DNA of 64,000 bases from Candidatus Wildermuthbacteria bacterium (GTDB taxonomy: Bacteria; Patescibacteriota; Minisyncoccia; Minisyncoccales; UBA10102): assembly GCA_016186115.1 (NCBI GenBank), contig JACPMK010000002.1:8983-72982 (forward strand). The letters run 5' to 3'. Of this stretch, positions 9,554 through 19,083 are shown in pieces (position 1 is the stretch's first letter; each line of letters begins with the position of its first letter). Position numbers and translations under genes: made by a program. Below the pieces are notes generated by a model. It had not been told where the DNA came from. It made no database searches and saw only the letters and a program-made list of their open reading frames with translations.

Positions 9554-10809
9554 GAATGATTTCGATTTCACTGTCGCCGAACACTGAACCAGACGATATC
9601 CGGCTTGCTTTCAAATTGCTTTTTCAGCCATGGCGGTGGCAAAAGGGTAATGCAATTGAAACGCTCGAAAAAGAATTTGCAGATTATCTTGGAGCAAAGC
9701 ACGCGATTTCTTTCAATAGCGGCAGATCCGCGCTTTTGGCGATTTTGGATGCTTTGGAGTTGGAGAAGGATGACGAGGTGTTGCTGCAGGCGTTTACATG
9801 CAATGCCGTGCCAAATCCTGTGATCTGGTCTGGGCTAAAACCGGTATATGTAGATTGCAACGAAAGCGATTTCAATATCGATGCGGCGGATTTGGAGAAG
9901 AAAATTACTCCCAAAAGCAGGGCAGTTGTTGTTCAGCATACATTTGGCATTCTGGCTGACCTCGAGAAAATAATGCAAATTTGCAAAGAACATGGCCTGA
10001 TTTTGATAGAGGACTGCGCGCATGCGCTCGGAGCAAAGTACAAAGGGAGGGAAGCCATGTCTGCCGGCAGGCAGGTAGGCACCCTTGGGAAAGTCGCGTT
10101 TTTTAGTTTTTCCCGCGACAAAGTGATTTCTTCGGTATATGGAGGCATGGCAACAACGAACGATCCTTCAATTGCCCAGAAAATTCGGCAATTTCAGGAC
10201 AAGGTTAGTTATCCCTCGCATTCATGGATTTTGCAGCAGCTTTTGCATCCGGTGATTATGAATATAAAGATCCTTCCTTTCTATGCTATAGGCGGAAAAT
10301 ACCTGCTGATTATAGCCCAGTGGCTGCACATTCTTTCTAAAGCTGTGCACTGGAAAGAGAAGAGAGGATTGAAGCCCTCGTATTTTCCTAGGCGTTTACC
10401 AAATGCTCTTGCGATTTTAGCGTTCCATCAGTTTAAAAAGCTCAATCGGTTTAATCAGCACCGCAAAGAAATTGCAGAATTATATTCTCGAGAGTTGGTC
10501 CATACCAAATACCAAATACTAAATACTAAATACCAAGAGGGGGGTATTTTTCTTCGCTTTCCCGTTCAGCATCCCAACGCACACGAAATTATCAAGAAGG
10601 CGTGGGCAAAGAATATTTTGATAGGGGATTGGTATACATTCCCTATCGCCCCCGACGATACGCAATTGGACAAGCTTCAATACGAAAAAGGAAACTGCCC
10701 CAATGCAGAACGACTTTCCCAGATTACCTTGAATCTTCCTACTCACGTCCGTATTAGTAGAAAAGAAGCGTATAAGATTATTGAGATTCTAAAAGGGTAT
10801 GCAAGTTAA
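9550..10809 (+). CDS. DegT/DnrJ/EryC1/StrS PLP-dependent aminotransferase
   Basis: IEDCAHALG, FFSFSRDK (PLP lysine), LNLPTH. Confidence 0.9.
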   Translation: MRMISISLSPNTEPDDIRLAFKLLFQPWRWQKGNAIETLEKEFADYLGAKHAISFNSGRSALLAILDALELEKDDEVLLQAFTCNAVPNPVIWSGLKPVYVDCNESDFNIDAADLEKKITPKSRAVVVQHTFGILADLEKIMQICKEHGLILIEDCAHALGAKYKGREAMSAGRQVGTLGKVAFFSFSRDKVISSVYGGMATTNDPSIAQKIRQFQDKVSYPSHSWILQQLLHPVIMNIKILPFYAIGGKYLLIIAQWLHILSKAVHWKEKRGLKPSYFPRRLPNALAILAFHQFKKLNRFNQHRKEIAELYSRELVHTKYQILNTKYQEGGIFLRFPVQHPNAHEIIKKAWAKNILIGDWYTFPIAPDDTQLDKLQYEKGNCPNAERLSQITLNLPTHVRISRKEAYKIIEILKGYAS

Positions 10810-11875
10810 AGAAGCAATAGATCAGGATATTTGGGAGGGGTTTTTGGGTAAATGTGCTGAAAGGACATTTCTGCAATCTTGGAATTGGGGGGAGTTTTGG
10901 CAAAAAAATGGCCTGTCTGCCTGTTCCGACTCGGAGACGAGGCGAGCCGGTAGGCAGGGGAATATGGTTTTGCGGCTGGGGGTGTTTGAAGGCGATGAGC
11001 TGCTTGGCGTCGCGCTTGTGGTCAAAGTTTCGGCAAAGAGGGGGACGTATTTGTTGGTGCAGCATGCCCCGATAATTCAAAAGTCAAAACTCAAAACTGA
11101 AATCCTTAAAGCTTTTTTGTGGGAGCTGAAAAAAATAGGAAAACAAGAGGGGGCAAGTTTTATACGCATGGCGCCGCTTTGGGAGCGGACAGGAGAAAAT
11201 GAGCGAATGCTCCGGGAATTTGGTTTTCGCCAGGCACCCATGCACGCGAACGCGTACGAGGCAACATGGAAACTGGATATCACGTCCTCAGAAGAAGAAT
11301 TGCTCAAAGGGATGCGCAAAACCACGCGCTATTTGATTCGGCAAGCCATGAAAAATCCCGATATTCAAGTGACGCAAAGCGACCGTCCGGAAGACGTTGT
11401 AATGTATGCGCAACTCAACGAAGCGGTAGCAACAAGACAGCAATTCGTGCCCTTTTCAAAAGAGTTTATCAAAAACGAGTTCGAGATTTTCTCGAAAGAA
11501 GGAGAAGCCCTGTTGTTTTTTGGTAAATATAAAGGGCAAGTGGTTGCGGCAGCGCTGGTCATTTTTTGGTCGGGCATTGCGTTTTACCATCAGGCGGCGT
11601 CTCTTGGCGAGTTTGCAAAACTTTCCATTCCCTATCTTGTTCAATGGGAAGCAATTCGAGAAGCAAAAAGGCGCGGATGCGCACTGTATGATTTTTGGGG
11701 ATATGTGGATCCCAAGAAATATCCGAATCATCCATGGGCAGGGCCTACACTATTTAAGATGGGATTCGGAGGAAGAGCTTTTGAGTATATGAAGACACAG
11801 GATTTTGTTTTATCATTGAGGTATTGGCCTATTGCATTATTTGAAAAACTGCGGAGATTTTCTCGTCATCTATAG
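10799..11875 (+). CDS. FemABX-family peptidoglycan bridge aminoacyl transferase
   Basis: FLQSWNWGEF, RKTTRYLIR, YDFWG, FKMGFGG. Confidence 0.9.
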   Translation: MQVKEAIDQDIWEGFLGKCAERTFLQSWNWGEFWQKNGLSACSDSETRRAGRQGNMVLRLGVFEGDELLGVALVVKVSAKRGTYLLVQHAPIIQKSKLKTEILKAFLWELKKIGKQEGASFIRMAPLWERTGENERMLREFGFRQAPMHANAYEATWKLDITSSEEELLKGMRKTTRYLIRQAMKNPDIQVTQSDRPEDVVMYAQLNEAVATRQQFVPFSKEFIKNEFEIFSKEGEALLFFGKYKGQVVAAALVIFWSGIAFYHQAASLGEFAKLSIPYLVQWEAIREAKRRGCALYDFWGYVDPKKYPNHPWAGPTLFKMGFGGRAFEYMKTQDFVLSLRYWPIALFEKLRRFSRHL

Positions 11876-11881
11876 CAGAGC

Positions 11882-12700
11882 ATGGCAAAACGCTATCACA
11901 AGGCAAGGAGCATTAAAAAAAAGCGTTCATTTCTGCGAGGAAAATGGCTTTGGTTTTTTATTTTTCTCTTGGGATTTTTCTCGGGTGCTTTCTATATCTC
12001 GGTGTTTTCTTCTTTTTTTCAGCTTCAGCATATTCAAACATCGGGAAACGCTTCTGAAAACGCGGAATTGCAAGCAAGGGCAGAGCAGCTTCTTTCTCAA
12101 GAAGTTGGATTTCTAAACACCAAAAGTATCCTTGTGCTGAATCTTGAGCGCATCAAAACAGAACTTCTGTCGCAGTTTCCTGCTCTTGCAAGCATTTCTC
12201 TTAAGAGACAATTTCCAAATTCTCTTATCCTTGTTGCACAGGCAAGGGAAAAGGTTGCTTCATGGTGCGCCGATGCAGAAGAAAAACAATGTTTTGCACT
12301 TGATGAGGAAGGGGTTATCTTTTTGAAAGAAAATCATCCTCAAGGATTGCGGATTACTCTTGCCAAGGCCGTGTCTACACCCGTTGCATTAGGAGAACGG
12401 CTGATGGAAAAAGATACCCTTGGACTGCTGCTTCAATTTCAGAAGTCAATGGAGAATTTTCCTCTTTTGCAAAAAGATGGGGCAAAAGTTGTTCAGTTTA
12501 CTATTTTTTCTTCGAATCAGGTACGCGCAAAATTTTCTGAAGGTTGGGAAGCGTATCTCGATCCAGAAGGAGATTTTAACTGGGAAATAGCAAAACTTCA
12601 GGTGGTATTAGAAAAAAAGATCCCTTCCGAAAAGAGGAAGGGCCTTGAGTACATCGATCTCCGCTTCGGCGACCAAGCGTATATTAAGTATTCTCACTAG
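11882..12700 (+). CDS. ftsQ: FtsQ/DivIB-like cell division protein
   Basis: Basic N-terminus, single TM, POTRA-like region (RQFPNSL), C-terminal YIDLRFG. Confidence 0.8.
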   Translation: MAKRYHKARSIKKKRSFLRGKWLWFFIFLLGFFSGAFYISVFSSFFQLQHIQTSGNASENAELQARAEQLLSQEVGFLNTKSILVLNLERIKTELLSQFPALASISLKRQFPNSLILVAQAREKVASWCADAEEKQCFALDEEGVIFLKENHPQGLRITLAKAVSTPVALGERLMEKDTLGLLLQFQKSMENFPLLQKDGAKVVQFTIFSSNQVRAKFSEGWEAYLDPEGDFNWEIAKLQVVLEKKIPSEKRKGLEYIDLRFGDQAYIKYSH

Positions 12701-14223
12701 AGAGGGGATACGTCTACACGGTAGAGGATGACTTGGCTGTCTTCTTTCTGGAATCTTTTTTGCTCCTGCCAATTGGCAGGAATTTGTTTGTAGTAGTCCC
12801 GCCAAGGATCTCTTCCTACAAACCAAACATAACTGCTTTGCGGCTGAACATCGCTTAGATTTTTTACCGCAATCGTATCTGCCCTTTCATAGATTAAGCT
12901 TGCTTCTCCGAATCCTTTTCTAATCCATTCGGGATCGGCAAAAATTTTGGCGGGGGAGCCAGTTTTGTTGTAATATGAAAAATCAAAATAGGCGTAGAGT
13001 TCGCCAACAACAATTTCATCCCCGGTTTTGTAGCTTGCATTGATTTGACGGCCGACTTCGCGCATGCCGTGTCCTTCGACAGTATCCACTTTGTATATTC
13101 CAAGCAGGAGCAGAATGGTGAAAAGAGGGGCAAACAAATATTTTGCAAATTTATTTTGAAGAGCGGAGACAAAAAGGGCGAGAAGTCCATAAAAGGCAAT
13201 TGATGACCAAACGAAATAGCGGTCTTGGTAGATAGGCGTGCGGATAGAGGAATAAAGAAAAATAAGGTACATGGGAATTAAAAAGTAACCAAGAATAAAA
13301 ATAGTTCCTCGCCATTGCGTTTTGCGTTTTGCAATAACAAATATCGCCATGATTGCTAACGCAATAAGGATCAATTCATGAATATAATTTGGGGTAGGAT
13401 AGGATCCGATGTGGTCAAAATTAATATAGGATAAAAATCGATATAAAGTACTCGGGACTGTTCGGATAGTCATCCATTCTTTTTGGATCCAATAGCTTGC
13501 GCTTACGCGCGTTGTTTGTTGCAAAAGAATTGGTATCCAGAACGCAAAAGCGCCAATAATAGCAATATGAGAAAGAACCCACGGCAGAGAAAATAACTTT
13601 TTGAATTGGATGGAAAATGGCGGCTGATAATTTTTCAGAAAAATGTAGAACCAATGGATGGGTAAAATCAATAAACTAAAATATTGAGTATATGCGGCTA
13701 GAATCATGGCAATAGAATAGAATGCCCACCATTTTGCATTTCGTCCTATGGAATTTTGTTCCGAGGCCCGCAAGAGAAAATATGTTGCTGCTGTTACTAG
13801 AAAAGCCACCAGCATCCACATCCGCGCTTCCTGCGAATAACGGATAAGAAATGGTCCCAGTGCGGTGAAAAGTGCAGCCCACTTGGCAACTTCTGCATTG
13901 AAAATTCTTTTCATCACGATATAGAAAAAGAAAACGACTCCGATTCCCAAGAGAGCCGAAAAGCCGCGTATCGCTAATTCTGAATTCCCAAAAATCTTTG
14001 CCCAGTAATGCAAAATTTCATAGTACAGCGGCGGATGAACATCAAGCATGGTACGGCGCAGTATTTCTTGCGGAGAAAACTGGATCATCATCATGGTAAA
14101 TCCCTCATCGTGCCAGATGGAGCGGCGGGCAATGAAAAGAAACCGAACAAGCGCGGCAAGCGCGAGGATTGCCGCAATAAGGATTCGTTCTTTTTGAAGA
14201 TAGGTTTTAATTGCTGATAGCAT
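12697..14223 (-). CDS. GT-C (GT39/PMT-like) membrane glycosyltransferase
   Basis: SIWHDE, DVHPPLYY, YSQEARM; multi-TM; start taken at ATG 14223. Confidence 0.85.
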   Translation of the reverse strand: MLSAIKTYLQKERILIAAILALAALVRFLFIARRSIWHDEGFTMMMIQFSPQEILRRTMLDVHPPLYYEILHYWAKIFGNSELAIRGFSALLGIGVVFFFYIVMKRIFNAEVAKWAALFTALGPFLIRYSQEARMWMLVAFLVTAATYFLLRASEQNSIGRNAKWWAFYSIAMILAAYTQYFSLLILPIHWFYIFLKNYQPPFSIQFKKLFSLPWVLSHIAIIGAFAFWIPILLQQTTRVSASYWIQKEWMTIRTVPSTLYRFLSYINFDHIGSYPTPNYIHELILIALAIMAIFVIAKRKTQWRGTIFILGYFLIPMYLIFLYSSIRTPIYQDRYFVWSSIAFYGLLALFVSALQNKFAKYLFAPLFTILLLLGIYKVDTVEGHGMREVGRQINASYKTGDEIVVGELYAYFDFSYYNKTGSPAKIFADPEWIRKGFGEASLIYERADTIAVKNLSDVQPQSSYVWFVGRDPWRDYYKQIPANWQEQKRFQKEDSQVILYRVDVSPL

Positions 14224-15778
14224 TGCTGTAATAGAAAAAGCCATCTTTTGCAGCAAACTGCCCATCGGGAAAACGATTTTCTAAAATGGGCCTTGCTTCT
14301 TTTGATAATGTTTCTTGGATCACGAAGATATATTTCGTTGAAGGAAGAATAGCAATTTTGTTCAGATTTTCAGCGTGATCGATGACGTAATAATTTCCAG
14401 AAATGCCGTAGAGGCCTTGGATGCGATGATCTTTGTGGTCATGCGTGAGAAAAGCTAATGAATGATTGGAGTAACCCAAAATAAGCGCGTATTTTTGGAT
14501 ATCCTTTGGAATCGTATTGAGAAATGCTGCCATTGAAGCAATATCGGCGTCATAGGCGCGATAGGTTGCCGGATCCTTTGCCCAGACAACAAAATATTTC
14601 ATATAGCCATATGCAGCGCTAAAAATCAAAATAAAAATTAAGAAAACATTAGCAATCTTTCTTGCGGGTATTTTTTTGTGGAGATACCTATGGAGGGGTT
14701 GGATGGCTAATACCGCAAAGATGTACATTACTGGGATAGTTCCAACAGCACGTAGCGCATGGGGAATTCCTTCGCCAGTGAGTATGGTTGGCGCCAGCAT
14801 AAAGCCAAACCAGAGCAGAAGGAAAAAATACTCTGGTTTTTTTATTCGTAGCAATGCAATAAAAATCCCAACAGCAGAGAAAATTCCTACCATTGGATCG
14901 AGCATTGGCGAGCCCCCGAGATTATGGCGGTAATTTTCATCTCCGGCATTGGTAAACATGAAGAGAGCTTTTGCGGTGTTTTCCAGAAGCAGTTGGATTG
15001 GACTTCCTAGCTCTGGATTTAAAATAGAAGTTCCAGCAGATCGTGCGAGAAAATCGCCGGGATGCTTGGCAAAGTATAATCCCATTGGCAAGTATATAAG
15101 TATTGCTGCGGCAATGCCGAGTACAATATTTCTCCAGTTTTCTTTGAGAAATACCCAGAGTTGGGATCGATAGAACAAAAGAAGATAGATCAAAAAGAAA
15201 AAGGCGATTGGCACAATCATGAGATAGGAAAGGTAGGTATAGAATCCTAAAGCAAAAAACACGCCCGTTGCAACAAAATAGATAGGTCGTTTTTCGCGCA
15301 GGGCTTTTGTGAGGAAATAGAAAAGGAAAACCAAGATAAAAGGAACCATAATGGCGCGAAAACCGTTGCGGCTGAATTGTACATGCCATGAGGAAACAGC
15401 CAAAAGAAAGCTTGCGATCAAAGCAGCGTTTTTCCCAAGCCACTGTTTTACCAAAAGATAAAGTCCAAAGACCGTAAGAATGCCAAGAATTGCCGGCGCA
15501 AGCCGAAGGGCCAGTTGAGTAAATCCGAGCCCGGGAATGGGAAAGAATACGCCAAAAGCTACGAAAATTCCTTGAAGATAAAAGAAAAGAGCTTCCCTTG
15601 GGCCATTGGTGTTATAAAAAACACGGAAATCATGGTTATCTATCATCCGGATGATATCCAAACCGTTTGCTGCTTCATCCGGATGAAGGCCCGGAGGAAG
15701 TGTATTGAGCTGCCACAACCTGAAAAACGCCGCAACGAGCAGAATCCCGATGAGAATGAAGGTCGATATTTTTTGCAT
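14207..15778 (-). CDS. GT-C (GT39/ArnT-like) membrane glycosyltransferase
   Basis: PPGLHPDEA, WHVQFSR, PHALR; multi-TM. Confidence 0.85.
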   Translation of the reverse strand: MQKISTFILIGILLVAAFFRLWQLNTLPPGLHPDEAANGLDIIRMIDNHDFRVFYNTNGPREALFFYLQGIFVAFGVFFPIPGLGFTQLALRLAPAILGILTVFGLYLLVKQWLGKNAALIASFLLAVSSWHVQFSRNGFRAIMVPFILVFLFYFLTKALREKRPIYFVATGVFFALGFYTYLSYLMIVPIAFFFLIYLLLFYRSQLWVFLKENWRNIVLGIAAAILIYLPMGLYFAKHPGDFLARSAGTSILNPELGSPIQLLLENTAKALFMFTNAGDENYRHNLGGSPMLDPMVGIFSAVGIFIALLRIKKPEYFFLLLWFGFMLAPTILTGEGIPHALRAVGTIPVMYIFAVLAIQPLHRYLHKKIPARKIANVFLIFILIFSAAYGYMKYFVVWAKDPATYRAYDADIASMAAFLNTIPKDIQKYALILGYSNHSLAFLTHDHKDHRIQGLYGISGNYYVIDHAENLNKIAILPSTKYIFVIQETLSKEARPILENRFPDGQFAAKDGFFYYSNAISN

Positions 15779-15867
15779 TTCTCTAGTGTACCATAGTTCA
15801 GTAGTTCTTAAAAAGAGAGCTAGCAGTCGAAGTGGTTATCCTTCGATAGATTCGGGGCAATACCGAG

Positions 15868-15894
15868 TTAGCAATCGGACGTATTGACTGCTAA
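15868..15894 (+). promoter_or_regulatory. CIRCE operator (HrcA binding site) overlapping the hrcA -35 element
   Basis: TTAGCAATC-N9-GACTGCTAA vs consensus TTAGCACTC-N9-GAGTGCTAA; TTGACT(15884)-16 nt-TATCAT(15906), ATG 6 nt later. Confidence 0.9.
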
Positions 15895-15917
15895 TTTTGG
15901 TTTGGTATCATAGAAAA

Positions 15918-16631
15918 ATGGCGCCAAGCGCACGACAAAGACAAATTCTCGCGAGCATTGTGACAGAGCATATTCGTTCTGCTTTGCCGGTGAGTTCCCA
16001 ATTTATCGAAGAGACCTATACTTTGGGAGTTTCCCCTGCTACGATTCGCAACGACATGAAGCAGCTCGATGAGAATGGCTACCTTTTTCAGCCCCATACT
16101 TCGGCGGGGCGAATTCCTACCGATAAGGGGTATCGCTTTTTTGTTGACGAGATTGTGCGGATAAGAATATCCCACGCAAGAAATATTTTTGCAGTTCTGG
16201 ATCGGTTGCAGAATGGCGAAGAAGATATGTTTCAGTTTGTGCAATTGCTTATGCAAAGATTGGCAAACGCCTCTTCTGCTTTGACGGTTGCCTACTTCAC
16301 GCAAAGAGAAGTGATGTGGAAGGAAGGTTGGGAGCAGGTGCTAGAGGAGCCAGAGTTTGAAGATAGAGAAACAATTTTTCGCTTCACTCAATTTATAGAA
16401 GATATTCAAGAGCATATGGAACAGTTTGAAGAAGGGCCATCTTTTCAGATATTTATTGGTGGAGAGAACCCCTTTTCAGAGGTCGAAGATTTTAGTATAA
16501 TAATTGGCGATTGCGCTTTTTCCGGCGGAGTGAAGGGGAAAATCGCAATGATCGGTCCGAAAAGAATGGCATACCAAAAAAATATTGGGCTGCTTCATGC
16601 CTTGGCGAAAAGAAATAAGGGATCAAAATAA
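15918..16631 (+). CDS. hrcA: Heat-inducible transcription repressor HrcA (short form)
   Basis: VSPATIRNDM, QPHTSAGRIPTDKGYRFFVD, IGPKRMAY. Confidence 0.95.
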   Translation: MAPSARQRQILASIVTEHIRSALPVSSQFIEETYTLGVSPATIRNDMKQLDENGYLFQPHTSAGRIPTDKGYRFFVDEIVRIRISHARNIFAVLDRLQNGEEDMFQFVQLLMQRLANASSALTVAYFTQREVMWKEGWEQVLEEPEFEDRETIFRFTQFIEDIQEHMEQFEEGPSFQIFIGGENPFSEVEDFSIIIGDCAFSGGVKGKIAMIGPKRMAYQKNIGLLHALAKRNKGSK

Positions 16632-16632
16632 T

Positions 16633-17130
16633 ATGGCAGATGAAAAACCAGAACAGGAACAGCAGCTATCAGAGAGTTTCCAGAAAGAGCTTGAGGACTT
16701 GAGAAAGCAACGCGATGAGTATTTGGCTGGCTGGCAAAGAGCAAGAGCTGATTTGATCAATTACAAAAAAGAAGAAATGGCGCGGATCGGCGAAATGGCA
16801 AGCTATGTCACGGAATCCATTGTCCAGAAATTGCTACCTCTTGTTGATAATATCGAGATTGTTGAACAAAATCTTCCGGAAAATGTAAAAAATAATGTTC
16901 ATGTGAAGGGATTGTTGCAGTTAAAAACGCAACTGCAAGATTTTCTCAAGAGCAATGGCGTGCAGGAGTTGGAGGCGGAAGGACAAAAATTTAATCCGGA
17001 ATTTCATGAAGCAGTCGAGGAAGTTGACGTGAAAGAGAAGGAAGCAGCAATAGTTGCCGAAGTCGTCCAAAAAGGTTACTTGTTTCATGGGCATGTGCTA
17101 AGGCCAGCAAAAGTAAAAGTAGTAAAGTAA
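16633..17130 (+). CDS. grpE: Nucleotide exchange factor GrpE
   Basis: RARADLINYKK, FNPEFHEAV, LRPAKVKV. Confidence 0.96.
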   Translation: MADEKPEQEQQLSESFQKELEDLRKQRDEYLAGWQRARADLINYKKEEMARIGEMASYVTESIVQKLLPLVDNIEIVEQNLPENVKNNVHVKGLLQLKTQLQDFLKSNGVQELEAEGQKFNPEFHEAVEEVDVKEKEAAIVAEVVQKGYLFHGHVLRPAKVKVVK

Positions 17131-17136
17131 ATCATT

Positions 17137-19065
17137 ATGGCAAAAGTATTGGGAATTGATTTGGGCACATCAATATCAAAGATGGCAACTATTGTCGAAG
17201 GAGAACCGAAATGCATTGAAAGTCGGGAAGGTTCGATTTTGATTCCTTCCGTGGTTGCGATCTCAAAAAATGGCGAGCGGGTGGTGGGAATATTAGCAAA
17301 ACGTCAGGCCATTACAAATCCAAAGAATACCATTCATTCGGTTAAGCGATTTATTGGCCGGCGCTATTCCGACCCCGAGGTTCAAAAAGAATTGAAGATA
17401 TTGCCCTATGAGACCAGAGAAAGATCCGATAAAAGCGTAGAAATAAAGATGGATGAGAAATGGTACACGCCCATTGAAATTTCGGCAATGATTCTTCAGA
17501 AAATTAAACTCGATGCAGAAGAGAAATTGGGCGAGAAGATAACAAATGTCGTGATTACCTGTCCCGCAAATTTCGATGACTCCCAAAGAAAGGCAACAAA
17601 AACAGCAGGAGAGATCGCCGGTTTTAATGTTTTGAGAATTATCAACGAGCCAACCGCCGCGGCTCTTGCGTATGGCTTGGGCAAGAAAAAATCAGAGAAG
17701 GTTGCCGTGTACGACTTTGGAGGAGGAACATTTGACGTAACCATTCTTGACGTTGCTCCAGATACCGTGGAAGTTCTCGCAACGGGCGGAGAAGCGCACT
17801 TGGGAGGGGACGATTTCGATCAGCGAATTATTAATTGGATTATCGAGGAATTCAAGAAAGAACAGGGCATTGATTTGTCGGGTGATCCTCTTGCCTTGCA
17901 ACGTCTCAAGGAGGCGGCCGAGCGGGCGAAGATTGAATTATCTTCCGCGATGGAAACAGAGATTAATTTGCCTTTCATTAGTTCTGATGCGGCAGGGCCA
18001 AAACATTTGTATTACAAGATTACGAGGGCGCAGTTTGAACATATGATCCGCGATTTAGTAGAGAGGTCGGTTGAAAGAACAGCAAAAACATTGCAGGAAG
18101 CCCAACTCTCAAAAGATCAAGTCAACGAAATTGTGTTGGTAGGCGGAACTACCATTATTCCGGCAGTTCGTGAAGCAGTTAAAAACTTATTTGGAAAAGA
18201 ACCAAATAAAACCATCAATCCTGAAGAGGTGGTGGCGATGGGAGCTTCTATTGAAGCAGAGATTTTGACTGCCCAAAAAGAAGGGAGGGCTCCCGAAGGA
18301 GATATCAAAAGCGTGTTGCTTTTGGATGTATTGCCATTGTCATTAGGGATTGAAACACTCGGGGGAGTGAATACAATTATGATTCCCAAGAATACTACGA
18401 TTCCCGCATCCAAGACACAGGTTTTCTCAACTGCTGCAGACAACCAAACGTCGGTAGAAGTGAACGCATTGCAAGGAGAAAGGGCGATGGCAAAGGATAG
18501 CCGTTCTCTTGGAAAATTTATTCTTGATGGGATTATGTCGGCTCCCCGCGGGACACCCCAAGTTGAAGTTACATTTGATATTGACGCGAATGGATTGCTT
18601 ACGGTTAGCGCAAAAGACAAGGCAACCGGAAAATCTCAATCAGTCAGGATTGAGGGATCGGTTGGGTTGTCAAAAGAAGAAATTGAGCGGATGAAAAAAG
18701 ATGCAGAGATGTATGCGGCAGAAGATCAGACGAAGCGCGAATTGGCAGAAGCGAGAAATGCCGCAGAGAATTTGATTTATGTGACCGAAAAAATGTTGCG
18801 GGAGAATGGCGAAAAGATTCCCGCAGACATCAAGCAAGAAATCGAGGGGAAAATCAAGAGTTTGAAAGGGGTAAAGGATGGTGATAATATAGAGGATATC
18901 CGGAAAGCGACTCAAGAACTTTCCCAGACGGCGCAAAAAGCTGGTTCTGCGGTATATCAATCTCAAAAAGAGGGAGGGGAGAATTCTCAAGGGTCAGAAA
19001 ATCCAGGTCAGGGAGATCAGGATGGCGGAGCGAATCCGGAGGAAGGTGAGTACAAAGAAAAATAA
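17137..19065 (+). CDS. dnaK: Chaperone DnaK
   Basis: GIDLGT, INEPTAAALAYG, DFGGGTFD, LGGDDFD; canonical operon position. Confidence 0.97.
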   Translation: MAKVLGIDLGTSISKMATIVEGEPKCIESREGSILIPSVVAISKNGERVVGILAKRQAITNPKNTIHSVKRFIGRRYSDPEVQKELKILPYETRERSDKSVEIKMDEKWYTPIEISAMILQKIKLDAEEKLGEKITNVVITCPANFDDSQRKATKTAGEIAGFNVLRIINEPTAAALAYGLGKKKSEKVAVYDFGGGTFDVTILDVAPDTVEVLATGGEAHLGGDDFDQRIINWIIEEFKKEQGIDLSGDPLALQRLKEAAERAKIELSSAMETEINLPFISSDAAGPKHLYYKITRAQFEHMIRDLVERSVERTAKTLQEAQLSKDQVNEIVLVGGTTIIPAVREAVKNLFGKEPNKTINPEEVVAMGASIEAEILTAQKEGRAPEGDIKSVLLLDVLPLSLGIETLGGVNTIMIPKNTTIPASKTQVFSTAADNQTSVEVNALQGERAMAKDSRSLGKFILDGIMSAPRGTPQVEVTFDIDANGLLTVSAKDKATGKSQSVRIEGSVGLSKEEIERMKKDAEMYAAEDQTKRELAEARNAAENLIYVTEKMLRENGEKIPADIKQEIEGKIKSLKGVKDGDNIEDIRKATQELSQTAQKAGSAVYQSQKEGGENSQGSENPGQGDQDGGANPEEGEYKEK

Positions 19066-19083
19066 ATTGCTACGCCACACGTT

